A stretch of 64,000 nt of DNA, taken from Ranitomeya imitator (Eukaryota). Both the position numbers and the translations under genes were made by a program. The stretch's first letter is position 1. Every line of letters starts with the position of its first letter. Below the pieces are notes generated by a model, which was given only the letters and a program-made list of their open reading frames with translations, was not told the DNA's origin and searched no databases. This document shows positions 24,640-38,271 of the stretch, one piece after another. The DNA lies in NCBI RefSeq assembly GCF_032444005.1, contig NC_091288.1, forward strand, positions 87,482,001 to 87,546,000, given 5' to 3'.

Positions 24640-27630
24640 TATCCTGGTTGCTTCATTCACTCACATTCACCACCCTTGCATAAACTCTTTACACTCCATC
24701 CATATCGGCCCCCCTATTCTTTCCTCTCCTATGTATAGCATTCACGCTCTGTTCACATTGCTTAAAAGCGCAGATCCATTCAGTTCCACCATCCAACACA
24801 AGAGATGCTCTCACAAATCGCTTAACCATCTGCTCACTCTTTCTATCCTCCTTCTCCTAGTCGCAGGAGACATCTCTCCCAACCCCGGCCCCCCATGTCA
24901 TAGCAAGTCTAACCTCTCAAGTGCTGCACTCAGAAATCCCTCTAACCTTATTAATATCCCATGCATACCTTCTGCCTCTTTCAATTGTGCCCTTTGGAAT
25001 TCTCGCTCTGTGTGTAATAAACTCCCTTTCATGCATGACTTCTTCCTTTCTAATTTTCTTAACCTCCTGGCTCTTACTGAAACCTGGATCCAGCAGTCAG
25101 ACACCACCGCTGCTGCTGTTCTTTCATATGGTGGACTACACTTTTCTCATACCCCAAGATCGGACAACAGAGCAGGTGGAGGCGTTGGTCTGCTCCTATC
25201 AACCAAATGTACCTTCCAAGTTATCCCCTAAGTACCCTCACTTGTCTTCCCTTCCTTTGAAGTCCATGCTGTCAGACTCTACATACCCTTCTCCATGCGA
25301 GTGGCGGTGGTGTATCGTCCTCCCGGCCCCTCTCATCAGTTCCTGGATCACTTTGCCACATGGCTTCGACACTCTCTCTCCTGTGACATCCCCACCCTCA
25401 TCATGGGTGATTTCAACATCCCCATTGCTTTTCCCCTCTCCCCATCTGCTTCTCACCTTTTATCTCTAACCTCCACTTTTGGCCTCTCGCAGCATACTAA
25501 CTCTCCAATGCATGAAGACGGAAACTCCCTTGACTTGGTCTTCTCTCGACTTTGCTCAGTGGACGATTTCACAAACTCCCCTCTCCCGCTCTCTGACCAC
25601 AAACTTCTTTCATTCTCTATCAAAAACTGCCATCCCTCTCAGGTCACCCTCACTTTCCACATTTATAGAAACATCCAAGCCAATAACACCAAGAAACTTA
25701 TGAAGAACTTGCAGTCCTCATTGGCCCCTATATCCTCCTTCTCATGTCCTGATTCTGCACTGAAGCATTACAATGAAACCCTGAAAAGTGCCCTGGATGA
25801 AATTGCACCTCCTATACATAGAACAACTTGGCACAGACGGCGACAACCGTGGCACACGCTGCAACACGTTTCCTGCAGCGGTGCTCCAGGTGCGCCGAAC
25901 GCCTGTGGAGAAAATCTAATCTACCCGAAGATTTTATCCATTATAAGTTCATGCTTAAAACATACAACTCTGCCCTTCACCTCTCCAAACAAACCTATGT
26001 TAATACCCTCATCAACTCTGTCCAATAACCCTCTCTTTGACACTTTTCATTCTCTACTCAACCCAAGAGTGCAGGACCCAACCACGGATCTCCGCGCTGA
26101 CGATCTGGCCAATTACTTCAAAGAAAACATTGACCACATCCGACAGGAAATGATCTCCCAATCCCTTCATACCATGCACTGTCCTCCCTCCCCCACTGCA
26201 TCTAGTTCACTCTCTGACTTTAAACCAGTTACAGAAGAAGTAGTAATCGGGCTCCTTGCATCTTCTCGCCCAACCACTTGCACCAGTGACCCCGTTCGGT
26301 CACATCTCCTCCAGTCCCTTTTCCCGGCTGTCACCTCTCACCTAACAAAAATATTCAACCTTTCTCTCTCTCTTCCGGTATTTTTCCTTTCTCATTTAAG
26401 CATGCCATCATACATCCATTTCTTAAAAAACCATCCCTCAATCAAAACTGTGCCACTAATTATAGACCTGTCTCTAATCTTCCCTTCATCTCTAAACTCC
26501 TCGAACGCCTGGTCCACTCCCGTCGTATCCGCTATCTCTCAGATAAATCTCTTCTCAACCCTCTTCAATCTGGTTTCCGCTCTTTTCACTCTACTGAAAC
26601 TGTTTTCACTCTACTGAAACTGCCGTCACTAAAGTCTCTAATGATCTACTAACAGCTAAATCTAATGGTCACTACTCCATGCTAATTTTCTTGGATCTTT
26701 CTGCAGCATTCGATACTGTGGATCATCAGCTCCTCCTCGCTGTGCTACTCTCCATCGGCCTCAAGGACAGCATTCTCTCCTGGTTCTCCTCCTATCTCTC
26801 TGACCGCTCCTTCATTATATCTTTTGCTGGTTCCTCCTCCTCTCACCTTCCCCTTACTGTTGGGGTTCCTCAAGGATCAGTCCTAGGCCCCCTCCTCTTC
26901 TCTTTGTATACAGCCCCTATTGGACAAACAGTACAAAACTATTATCCTCATCTACAAAGCACTCCATGGCTCAGCTCCACCCTACATCTCCTCCCTGGTC
27001 TCAGTCTACCACCCTACCCATGCTCTCCGTTCTGCTAATGACCTGAGGTTAGCATCCTTAATAATCAGAACCTCCCACTCCCGTCTCCAGGACTTTTCAC
27101 GTGCTTCGCCAATTCTTTGGAATGCACTACCCAGGTTAATACGATTATTCCCCAATTCCCACAGTTTTAAGCGTGCCCTAAAAATGCATTTGTTCAGACT
27201 GGCCTACCGCCTCAACGCATTAACCTAACTATCCCTGTGTGACCCATTAAAAAAAAAACTTAAACCATAATCAGGTTCTTCGCATCATGTTCTCATACAC
27301 TTTATGTAGTTAATAGCCCTCTGTGTCTGCACTGCTACATACTTAGGCAGCTAACTGGTTCATGCAGCTTTACATGAACACCCGAGCCTTACACTATGGC
27401 TGGTCTGAACAACGAAAGCAATTGTTACCATCCACCTCTCGTGTCTCCCCTTTTTCCTCATAGTTTGTAAGCTTGCGAGCAGGGCCCTCATTCCTCTTGG
27501 TATCTATTTTGAACTGTGATTTCTGTTATGCTGTAATGTCTATTGTCTGTACAAATCCCCTCTATAATTTGTAAAGCGCTGTGGAATATGTTGGCGCTAT
27601 ATGAATAAAATTATTATTATTATTATTATT
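24640..27630 (+). mobile_element. L2-clade LINE, ORF2 pseudogene (APE endonuclease plus partial RT), 3' UTR and (ATT)n tail
   Basis: GDISPNPGP, LALTETW, MGDFN, SLDLVF, SDH; [28 protein letters not shown]; C-terminal [11 protein letters not shown] and FKRALKMHLF; several frameshifts; YADD region deleted near 26930. Confidence 0.93.
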
Positions 27631-27737
27631 AGCAGCACCTATGTTTCACAGCTCATCTTGTGTTCAATAATCATGTTCTGACATCTTGTGACCATATTAC
27701 TTTTTCTCACTTTGGTGTTTTCTTTTATTTTGTACAG

Positions 27738-27804
27738 GAGAAAACTTATTGCAAAAAGTGAACAACTTTACAGTCAGAGAAACAAAGAAATGACTGGATG
27801 GTGA
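27738..27804 (+). CDS. FLACC1: FLACC1-like terminal coding exon (RRKLIAKSEQLYSQRNKEMTGW*)
   Basis: ttttattttgtacag acceptor; phase 2 matches previous exon; TGA at 27802-27804; RKLIAKSEQL resembles recalled human QKIISKNEEI; convergent with caspase-8 as in human. Confidence 0.82.
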
Positions 27805-28078
27805 AGAATGGGTTGATCGGGATTTATTAAGTCTCGTCCTTCAAGATACTTTTTTACAACTGTTCATTCTCAATGGATTGAATCTTCCTTTAGCCTAAAC
27901 ACCTTGGAAAGACAAATTATAGTCTGTGTGCAGTCACAAACTGAAAGTATTATATTATGTTTTGTTTCACTTTTAAGATCACTAAATGATTAAAAAAAAG
28001 TTGCAATTTCATATAATTTATATTAATTTGGGAATTTAATGGTTTTGTACATTACCTTATTTTAGTTGTAGTTCAGTT

Positions 28079-28084
28079 AATAAA
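28079..28084 (+). terminator. Candidate polyadenylation signal of FLACC1-like gene
   Basis: AATAAA about 275 nt after the stop codon. Confidence 0.5.
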
Positions 28085-28250
28085 TGTAAATGTAAATTGA
28101 AACAAAAGAGCTCAATAGAGTCTTTTCTGAGGATAAAAAACAGTAAGGTGATGGAGGTGCTCACTTGGTTTGGTTGTGCAATACACAGCAATATTATCAG
28201 CTGCTGCAGGTCCAGGGGTTAAAAAACTGAAGTGCTAAAAAGGAACAAGG

Positions 28251-28505
28251 GGATGCTCTGCACTGATGATAGAAATCCAAAGGAAGTTTCCAGGAACCAG
28301 GAGAAGTAGCGATGTGGTTTATTATCAACGCGGTTTATTATCATGTATTTTTAAGTCTTCCAACTCCTTCATCATGGTTTACAGGTTTCTTTCCTGATGA
28401 AGAAGTTGGATGACTTTGAAAAGCGTTGATAATAAACAGTATCACTACTCATCCTCTTTCTGGGAATTTTCCTTTGGATTTCTATCAGCAGCACAGAGGA
28501 TCCAC
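28251..28505 (+). mobile_element. Small fold-back insertion with degenerate hammerhead (28394-28428)
   Basis: inverted arms 28251-28312 and 28421-28505; CTGATGA-A-GAAGT..ACTTT-GAAA-AGCGTT. Confidence 0.55.
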
Positions 28506-28908
28506 TCCAAAATCATTTCAGCTTTTCCATTTGTGTTAAGTGTTGCAGTGTAAATGACATTACTAATTGTAGTTATAAGTGACATAAAAGTTTGGCCTAC
28601 TACAGATCGCCATTGTTTTTGATTCTGCACAGTGTTTTGCCCTTCTTTGCCAACTTGCTTCAGTTTCCTCCTGTGTAGAAGGACAAAACATTGTGTTGAA
28701 GCGAGGACATCTGCGATCTGCACACACCGAGCTTTCTTAAACAAAGCCTGATGTAATATTGCAGCAAAGGGACCAATATATATACAGAGGTGTCGCTAAG
28801 CATTAAAATAAGATCTCTGCGCGGGACATGAATTTTAATGAAAGGCTGCCTCCAGAGGTTAACATTGTTAACATTACATAATAAGAAAAAGTAGTGATGA
28901 ACGTCTTA

Positions 28909-29484
28909 GGCTATTTTCACACTTGCGTTTTCTGCTGTCCGTTGTGGTGCAGCAAAATGGCGTATCGACGGATGTCACGAAAATAGGGAAAAGCGTGTGC
29001 GATGGATCCAGTGTAATGATGGATGCGTCGTACACAAATTCCGGGAATTAAATGTCCCGAATTAAATGTCTGGGGACGAGAGAGAGAGACTTTGACTTTT
29101 TCCGGATTTGAAAATTCTTCCGGGCATGCTCAGAGGGGAAAAACTGGATCCGTCGCTGACCGTCACACACTGGAATCCAGCGACGGATCCTGCGTCCATA
29201 GGCTTCCATTAGAGCCGACGACGGACAGCGCAGGATGCGTCGCTGACCGATTTTCCGACGTGCAGAAAAAACGTTCCTATGAACATTTTCTTCGCACAAC
29301 GGACCACTATTTTCCGATGAATCCAGTGCACGATGGATGAAACGGATGGCTATCCGTCACAATCCGTCGCTAATACACGTCTATGGGAAAATGCAGGATC
29401 CTGCAAATTTTTTTGCAGGATCCTGCATTCTCAAAAAGCGATGGATTGTGACGGATTCAAAAAAACGCAAGTGTGAAAGTAGCC
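28909..29484. mobile_element. Harbinger-type MITE nested in a TAGTGATGAG hAT MITE (starts 28892)
   Basis: TTA TSDs; TIR GGCTATTTTCACACTTGCG/CGCAAGTGTGAAAGTAGCC. Confidence 0.8.
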
Positions 29485-29542
29485 TTATCCAAACAAAACA
29501 TGCTTGGGTGTTATCATCTGGAAGCACTCGTACATTATGTTA

Positions 29543-29932
29543 GGCTACTTTCACACTAGCGTTTTTTTCAATACGTCGCAATGCGTCGTTTATGGGAAAA
29601 AACGCATCCTGCAAAGTTGTCTGCAGGATGCGTTTTTGCCCCATAGACTAACATTAGCGACGCATTGACACACGTCGCAACCGTCGTGCGACGGTTGCGC
29701 CGTGTTGTGGCGGTCCCCCGGGAGCAAAAAACGTTACATGTAACGTTTTTTGCTGCTGACGGTCCGCTTGCATGCGCGGTCGGAACTCCGCCCCCACTTC
29801 CCCGCACCTCACAATGGGGCAGCGGATGCGCTGGAAAAATGCATCCGCTGCCCCGTTGTGCGGCGCTTTCGCTGCTTGCGTTGGTGCGTCGCATAGCGAC
29901 ATGCGGTGCACGACGCAAGTGTGAAAGTAGCC
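29543..29932. mobile_element. Second Harbinger-type MITE nested in the same hAT MITE
   Basis: TTA TSDs; GGCTACTTTCACACT TIR; right flank matches 2895-2960 of the hAT MITE. Confidence 0.8.
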
Positions 29933-30259
29933 TTAGAGTCCCTGTGGCTGCATGATTTGCGGCTGTTAGACAGCCTCAACACGTGCAGGGATTGCCTGTT
30001 TGTTAGCCGCCCAGTCAGCACTGACGTTTCTGTCCCGGCCGAATTGAATGTAGAAATTGAACATAAAGAAGAAGCCAGAGATCAGCAGCAATCTGGACTT
30101 CATCTTCATGTTCAATTTATCTGAGACAGTGACGCCAACCACACGAGAGCCCCATGAACGATGCCGGCTTTTGTGGTGAGTATAAGATTTTTTTTATTTC
30201 ATCGGGGCCAAGAGTGGGGAATGAGAAGGGGTTGCCCTAATAGTGGAAAACCCCTTTAA

Positions 30260-31816
30260 CCGCTTAACAACCACCGATACGCATTAAAACGGTGGCCATT
30301 AAGGGGCCTTATTCCCTCATTGCCATTTTAAAAGGCGATCAAGAATAAGACTGTAGCACCTCTCTGGGGGTTTCAGCTACCGGGGGTAGCCGAAACCCTG
30401 GAGAACATGATCAGGGACAGTTTTTCCGGTCCCTGATCACGTGATCGCCGTTATTCCATGAATAACAGCAATCACGTGAAAAGAAACTGTGATCCGGTTA
30501 AAAAATAGATTCTCTTTCCCCTGACATGAGCTAACATGTCAGAGGAGAGAGAATTGAAGTCCTCAAGCACTCAGCCAGTACCTTAGCACCAGATCCAACA
30601 TTCCCCCGACCCCACTCCTTCTGATGAAAGAAAATGGTGGGCGCATGCTCAGTGCACCCGCCAAGATCTGCCTCCCTTCATCCGGCAACCGATGGGATTT
30701 TTCTGATTGGCTGATGACTTTTCATTACTGTAATAGATCCTATCATGGTGATCAAAAGCCCCCAATATTTGTAAATATAGCAGCACTTGGGCTGTGCCTC
30801 TCTCTTCTCTCCTTGTAGTTGTTCTGGGAGAGAAGAGCGATAAACCACGTCCGAGTGCTGCCCTGTCAGTGAAGAAAAATTCACAAAAATCAAATTTCTA
30901 CTTCCATTTCTATCCCCTAAACCTCATTTATCACCGTGACCTTATGTCATCTCCCTTGTCAAATTACATTTTTTTTTCTTAAAGGGAACCTGTCACCCCG
31001 ATTTTTCAGTAGGAGATAAAAATACCGTTAAATAGGGCCTGAGCTGTGCTTTACAATAGGGTATTTTTTGTCCCCTGATTCCCTACCTATGCTGCCGAAA
31101 TACCTTACAAAAGTGGCCTTTTTCGCCTGTCAATCAGGCTGGTCAGGTCAGATGGGCGTGGTCACAGCGCTGTTTCTCCCCCACATCTTGCTTATGTTCC
31201 CGTTGGTGGCGTAGTGCTTCTCGCATGCGCAAGTGCCGAATGCACTGCGCAGCTGTAGAAAAAGAGCGCGCTCGCCGCTATTCAGCAGTTTCTCGGTGGG
31301 CGCGGCCATCTTCCAGAGGCCGCGCGTGCGCAGATGGAGTCTCCTGCTTCCCGGGGATTCAGGAAAATGGCCGCGGGATGCCGCGCGTGCGCAGATGGAC
31401 ATCGCGGCAGCCATTTTCCTGAAGCCGAATCTCGGCTTCAGGAAAATTGCCGCAGTTTTTGCAGTTAAGGTTACAGTAAAACAATTAAAAAAAATACTAG
31501 TGTTAGATTAGGTTTAGGTCTAGTAGTGTTAGATTAGGTTTAGTTTTTTTGTTAGGCAGGTGTATAAAATAACAATGGCCCGCAGAACATTCAGCGCAGA
31601 GCAAGCGTACACCCTGCTTTGCTCCAGCAGGGAAATAGAATCTGCCCCTGAAGCAGAGAAATTTTCAGAGAGTGACAATGACACTTCCTCCACGGGATCC
31701 CACATCCCCCCATGATAGCGGAGTCGGTCGTCACTGCTGAAGCTTCAGATGCAGGACCAAGGACCTCAGTCCCCACACCACTGTGGTGTCAAAACCGTTC
31801 CTTTTCCCCACATGTT

Positions 31817-31847
<31 letters not shown>

Positions 31848-33967
31848 GCATTACCTGGTATAAAAGTTGATGCTGCTAATTTTTTCCAGATTGACTTTTT
31901 CCAAATTTTCATTACCCCTGAAGTAGTACAATTGATTGCCCAACAAACCTATTTATATGTCTGTCAATATATTTCCCAGAAACCCCCACTGTCTTTCATT
32001 CCCATTCCAGGATCCCTACAAATGTCCCTAAAAAATAAAAAAAAATTTAGGCATTACCCTGAACGTGGGATTAGTAAAAAAAAAAATAAAAACACACTCC
32101 GCTCCTACTCCTACCCCTCCCCCCCAAGAACTGACCACAACTTCTATCGGCTGAATAAGTACACTAGTATTCATACTGGTGCCATATTGGATGTATTTAT
32201 GAACAATGAGAATCTACTACAATAAAATTTGAGATGTGTTCCTCAGAACGTAATAAAAGATTAATAAAAGAGATGGTGAAAAAAAAGCTAATTGTACATT
32301 TTCAAACTTGTGTTGCATCGACTGCATTAAAAACGGTGGTATCAAACTACTCACCACCTCATTAGATAAACACATTAGAGGGTATATTTTACCAAAAAGA
32401 CATTTACAGGGGATTTATGTTGCTGTTGAACCACACAGGCTCTGCAAATATGACAATCTAATCCAAAAAGAGCCAAATTTGTTTTCCAAAATTCAAATTG
32501 TGCCCCTTCCATTCTGGGCCCTGTCGTTTGTCCAAACAGAAATTTTTGACTACATGTAGGATATTGCCATGCTCTTAAGAAAGTGTGTAACAAATTGTGG
32601 GGTCCAATTTTTGGTGATGTCTCTGGCAAAAGTAAAAAATGTAGGGCTAAATCATGATTTTTGTGAAAAAAATGAACATTTTCAATATGACGACCTGATA
32701 TTATCAAATTCTGTGTCGTACATGTGGGTTCAAAATGCTCACTATACCCCTGGATAAAATCCTTGAGGGGTGTGGTGTCGAAAATGGGGTCAGATGTGGG
32801 GAGTTTCTGCTGTTTAGGCACCTTAGGGGCCCTGCAAATGGCACATGGTATCTGCCATCTTTCAGACAAATTTGTGTTCCAAAATTCAAATATTGCTCCT
32901 TCCGTTTGTCCAAACAGAACTTTTTGTCTACATGTGGGGTATCGCTTCTCTCATGAGAAAGTGGTCAACAAATTGTGGGGTCCACTTTTTGGTGCTATCT
33001 CTGGCTAAAGTGAGAAATTTGGGGCTAAAGCAAGATTTTTGTGAAAAAAAAGAACTTTTTCAATATGACGACTTAATGTTATCAAATTCTGTGTTGTACC
33101 TGTGTGTTCAAAATGCTCAATGTGCCCCTGGATAAAATCCTTGAGGGGTGTAGCTTCCAAAATGGGGGCTTTCCACTGCTTAGACACATCAGGCGCTCTC
33201 CAAACCCAACGTGACGTCCGCTCTCGATTCCAGAGAATTTTGCGCTCAAAAAGTCAAATAGTGTTATTTCCCTTTGGAGCCCTGCCGTGCGCCCAAACAG
33301 TGGTTTTCCACCACATATGTTGATCGGCATGTTCAGAAGAAATTGCACAACAAATTTTGTGTTCAATTTTCTCTTCTTACCTTTTGTAAAAATACAAATA
33401 TTTGGGTCTGAAGTAGAATTTTTATGAAAAAAAGTTAAATGTTCATTTTTTTCCTTCCACACAGCTTCAGTTCTTGTGAAGCATACAAAGAGTTAATAAA
33501 CTTCTTGAATGTGGTTTTGAGCACCTTGAGGGGTGCAGCTTTTAGAATGGTGTCACTTCTGGGTATTTTCTGTCATATAGACCCCTCAAGGTCACTTCAA
33601 ATATGAGGTGTTCTCTAAAAAAAATGGTTTTGTAAATTTGGTGGAAAAGTGAGAAATCACTGGTCAAATTTTAACCCTTATAACTTCTTACAAAAAAAAA
33701 ATGTTGTTTCAAAAATTGTGCTGATGTAAAGTAGACATGTGGGAAATGTTATTTATTAACTATTTTGGGTGACCTAACTCTCTGATTTAAGGGCATAAGA
33801 ATTCAAAGTTTGAAAATTGCAAAATGTTTTCACAAATAAACACAAGTCATACCAAAGTAATTTTACCACCATCAATAAAGTACAATATGTCATGAAAAAA
33901 AAACAATCAAAGAACCACCTGGATCTATTGAAGTGTTCCAGAGCTATAACCACATTCTACAAAGGGG
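30260..33967 (+). mobile_element. Degenerate piggyBac element with nested T2-like MITE (about 30980-31450) and subterminal repeats (about 32340-33600)
   Basis: TTAA|CCGCTTAACAACC left end; AAAGGGG|TTAT right end; transposase remnant inside. Confidence 0.65.
31575..32300 (+). pseudogene. piggyBac transposase remnant
   Basis: MARRTFSAEQAYTLL, LIAQQTYLYVCQYI, GITLNVGLVKKK, DHNFYRLNK; stops, frameshifts and deletions. Confidence 0.7.
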
Positions 33968-36089
33968 TTATACATTCCACCTTTTTTCCTGACAAATAGG
34001 GTGTTTAATCATTTGTAACTAAAATTTTCTTTGCATGTCTAAACTATTTTTTTCTAACTTCACTAATCTTTTTTTTTCACTAATTTTTATGATGTGCCAC
34101 AAAAAGTCAGAAAACACTTTTCTTTTTTTTAAACTATTTTACTTGCTATTTACTTGCTATATTGGGACTACCGTAAGTAGACCCAGATGCATGCTTATAT
34201 GAATTTTTCGCCTGACAATCTTGGGACTTTCTAAACCTAGTGAAAGCAGTGACATATGAATGCAGTTCTCTGGGTCATAACTAAAATTGATAGAGCCTCA
34301 TTGCAAAATGAGGCAGGCCACTACCATATAATGAAAGGAAGCTTTACCAGAAGCATGGGTAACAATAGCTGAAGGTATTGGTAATACCGCCACATATTAA
34401 AGAGTTCATATTGTGGTGCCACATAGCAGAAAGTCACTAGTGTTATACAGTATTCTTGCACCAGAGTAGGTGCCCTCAACATCTGGGACCCACAGTGCAT
34501 CACAGAATAGGGTTCTGCTGATCCACATCTGAATGCAGCAGTGGCAGGATAAGCGCACATTTGCTCCATTAATTCTTATAGGACTGCCAGAGATAGTGCA
34601 ATACAGTGCTGGGGTTTTTACGGTAAACGCATACAAAATGAATGGAGCGGTGGTGCACATGGCCGACCATTGCCTCATTTAGACAGGGCTCTACAGAGCC
34701 CAATTCTCTAGATCAGTGGTGGTCCCAGCAGTCAGAGCTCCACCGGTCAGCATGTTATCCTACGTATAGATGATAACGTCTAAAACTGGGAACAAATGAA
34801 CTGAGCTTTATTTCTATAAAATTCACACAATTCTTGTAAAGCTATGGCCCAGTTACAGTGTACAATTTACAGTGTCCAATGTTGGGTCTTTATGAGCACC
34901 GATCAACTCTGTCAAGTCATTACATGGGCCGACAAGCAATGACAGACAGAACAATTGCTTATATGACCGTTCTGTCCCTGTATACTATCTATGTTATCAG
35001 AAGTACATATATTGTAAATATAATGTGATGTGCTGGCAATAATGACTTTTTGGAGTGCATAAAAAAATCCAATCGCCACACAAATGAAAGCTTTGAGTGA
35101 CCGCCAGCATGCTTACAATGGCAAATAATTGGGCACAAACTAGAAATATTCTTTAGCTGATTATCAACTTGTAGAAAAGGGTCTTCATTTTTTTTAGCTA
35201 ACCTTTGTGTCCAATAACACAAATGACATGGGAACTATTTTTGTAAAATGTATTTATATGTAATTTTTTAAAATTCACACAAGTCAGAAAACGGCTTCTC
35301 AGAAATGATACATAAGACCATTAGCACAACTAATTATTTTGTATAACATACACAAATCTCACAGTTAAAAAAGTATTTCACAGCATAATTACATTTAATC
35401 ATTTAACTTCATGATAATGTATATAAGCGCCTTTAGTTATGAAGGGCACTTCAGAGATTTGCTTTACAGCAGGCACAACTCCACTAGACAGCCTGTCTGT
35501 GAAAATAATAGGGTTATATCTGCCAAACAGGAACTGCAAGCATTTCGAGGGCTCATTGGCCTGTAATTTTTTTTATTATTGGTATGTAGATGATGAAAAA
35601 AAAATTAAAATCAAACATAAAATTGATTATACAATATGTTGTTTTCTGTAGATATATTCCTTTCAATGACACAAGTGCTTTGATTTCCCTTTTTACTAAT
35701 AAATAATAAGATGCTGTAAAATTCCAATACAAGGATAGGTGCTCTGTGAACTGTATATTAAGCTCACTACCAATGTGAATATTAAAAGGCTTGTTCAGGA
35801 TGAAGTACAATTCTTGCATTGGTCATAGGTGACATTGCTACAAATAAAGTAACCTTGGATTGGATTTTTGTTCAAAATTCTCCTAGAAGATTCCCAAAAT
35901 TATTTATAAGCCTAGACCACATATAAATATTGCATGGCTTTACACAGTGGCGCCTGAATGAGTTACATGGCTTCTTCTTTTGATCTGACACTTCTAACTC
36001 TAGCGAGAAGACCATTTATAGCCAAGGCAAATATTATACCCCATCAGTTAGTTTAGTCCATGCACTTTAGCACCTATACTTTTTGGCCA

Positions 36090-37240
36090 TGTAAGATGGC
36101 CGCCAGACAGGTCCTCGAGAGGAGATATGTATCAACGATGTTAGTAGCCTCAGTGATCTAAGCCCGAGAAACCAGGCTCCAACACATATAGTGCTGAGAG
36201 AATAGGGCGTGTCAAGGCAGGATTTACGAACAGTCAGAGAGATGGATGGGACTGGCTACTCACTTATCACCAGTCCAGGGTGGTCATGCTCCTGCATTCG
36301 ATCCATTGAGTTTGTGTTCTGTGGTTGGATTCTCTTTCTGCTGAGCCAGAGGAGATACATCTTTTCTCTGGGTGTTTGGGTTCTGCTTTTCTGACTTCAG
36401 TCTTCTTGGCTTAACACAGGAGTTTTCATTTATGTGCCTATCACCTTTTGGATGCAGCATTATATTCTGTTCTTCCCCTGCTGGCGTTTCCTGTCAGATC
36501 ATCAAAATCAATGTATTGATTGGAGCCAGTCTGTGAGATTCCAACTAAGGGTTTTCACTTTACTGTTTCTTTGCTATACTTTGCACCCATCTTCTGTTTT
36601 TCTTTAGGTAGTAGCCAGTATATCTATTAACAGTACTTTCTTTATTATTTGATTGTTGTTTCATTATTTACTTTACTGACTCTTGGTTCTTTCTTTTGTT
36701 CAGCACACTTCTCTTCTTGCAGGTAATTCACAACGTGAAGCAACTCGTCGGCTTTTTAGGCAGTTTAGGACAGAGTTGCCATCTCCTAGTTTGTGGTTAG
36801 GTCTGCCCCGGCACCCGCAAGAACCAACAGGGACTGCGGAGCAGGATATCTAGACTGTTCAGGAGCCGGCAGGGTCAGTTGCAGTTTTTAATGTATAACC
36901 TACTTTCCTGAATGAGTTGCTACACAGGCATAGCTTTACTAGGAGCTGTTAGGGGCATGCAGGGTTAGACGCTGTCAAGTGGGGGGCATCATTGCGTTTT
37001 ATTAGGCTGCCAACCTCCGTGGTCAGGTAGGGACAGACCAGTGTAAGGCTAGGGCTTTTACCAGACTGAACAGGCATCTGTCAGGTTTAGGTATTTGTCC
37101 CCCTCTTTTTTATGCTGCTTGTGTGCATGTTATATTATTCTGAGCGGTTTATAGCGTTTTTAATAAACTAATCTGGACATTTTACTGAAACCACTTCCAG
37201 TTCCTACCTCAAACCCAATCAAGCGAGCAGAAATCCTACA
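36090..37240 (+). mobile_element. Solo LTR of an unrelated family
   Basis: TGTAAGAT ... ATCCTACA inverted termini (7/8); AATAAA about 75 nt before the end; flanks GCCA/TCCA. Confidence 0.6.
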
Positions 37241-37440
37241 TCCATTTTGCTTACACACCTTCAATCACATGTATTACACCTGTCACAGAAAAAATACCCT
37301 TACTGCTCTTTCTTGTGACAGCTATGAGACAATTTGTTTACTTCTACCATGTAACACCGAATGACAATTAAGCACCTAAACTGATTAGGATAAAATGAAG
37401 AAACCGACAGTAAAAGAGCTCCTGTTTTTCCTCTGATTTA

Positions 37441-37855
37441 GGGCTCATTCACACTTCTCATTTTTCCATGTACGAGAAAAACAGTCTAATTATTCTGATC
37501 AGACTTTGATCAGAGTGTGGCTTGAGTGCCATCAGTTTTTCTTCTACGCGGAGAGAGAAAAATAAATAAATGTTTCTCCACCTTCTCCATTCTGACAGTC
37601 CTTGAAAATCAGACCACACTCAGATGTTATTCGAGTGCTGTCCGATTTTTTTCACTGACCCATTGACTTGCATTTCCAAATTTGATCCGACCCGCAGATT
37701 AAATTCGGATATTTCTCTGCAATTTTCTGCAGACCTCTTGGTTTGCAAAATTCAAGGACATGTGAATGGCCCCATAGACTTTCACAGGTATGGGTGCCAT
37801 GCGTGAAAACCACAGATAATACTCATACGTGAAAAACGGACTTCTGAATTAGCCT
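37441..37855. mobile_element. Harbinger-type MITE just past the caspase 3' end
   Basis: TTA TSDs; GGGCTCATTCACA/TCTGAATTAGCCT termini. Confidence 0.65.
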
Positions 37856-37961
37856 TTATACAGTCTCCAAATTTCACTGTGTGAACAATTACAATAGTTT
37901 TGGCTCTGCAGGAGTTATGGTCCCACAATATATCTCTTCTCAAGGAAGTTACGTCAAAGTG

Positions 37962-37967
37962 TTTATT
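37962..37967 (-). terminator. Candidate polyadenylation signal of caspase-8-like gene
   Basis: AATAAA on the minus strand about 175 nt after the stop. Confidence 0.5.
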
Positions 37968-38141
37968 CCTTGGTCACCAAAAATGATCAGAATAGTAACA
38001 GTCTCTAGTGATCAGTAATATTCACAATAAAGCTTGTGGTTTTAGAGGATCTCATTTTTCAAGTTCCACATAGTCACTGGTATAAATAGTGAAGCAGCAA
38101 TAGAATCTGCCCTCTTGTAGATGGATGCAAAAACTGATGAA

Positions 38142-38271
38142 CTAATTAAAGACTAGTTTTCTGGTTAGTGTTGTCCATGGTTGTGGCATCTGTGTTGCAC
38201 TGAACTTGTCAGCTTGTTTTTGGCTCAGTTCTTGGTTTACCTTTGTTAGAGTTGAAATGATATCTTCTTGA
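38142..38271 (-). CDS. CASP8: Caspase-8-like exon 7, end of small subunit (QEDIISTLTKVNQELSQKQADKFSATQMPQPWTTLTRKLVFN*)
   Basis: cttactattttctag acceptor, phase 2; QMPQP..TL.RKLVF motif; TAG at 38144-38142; total CDS 1374 nt = 457 aa. Confidence 0.93.

Noticed and set aside
28445-28744. 99-aa minus-strand ORF between the two genes
   Set aside because: No recognisable motif or splice context; partly overlaps a fold-back repeat.
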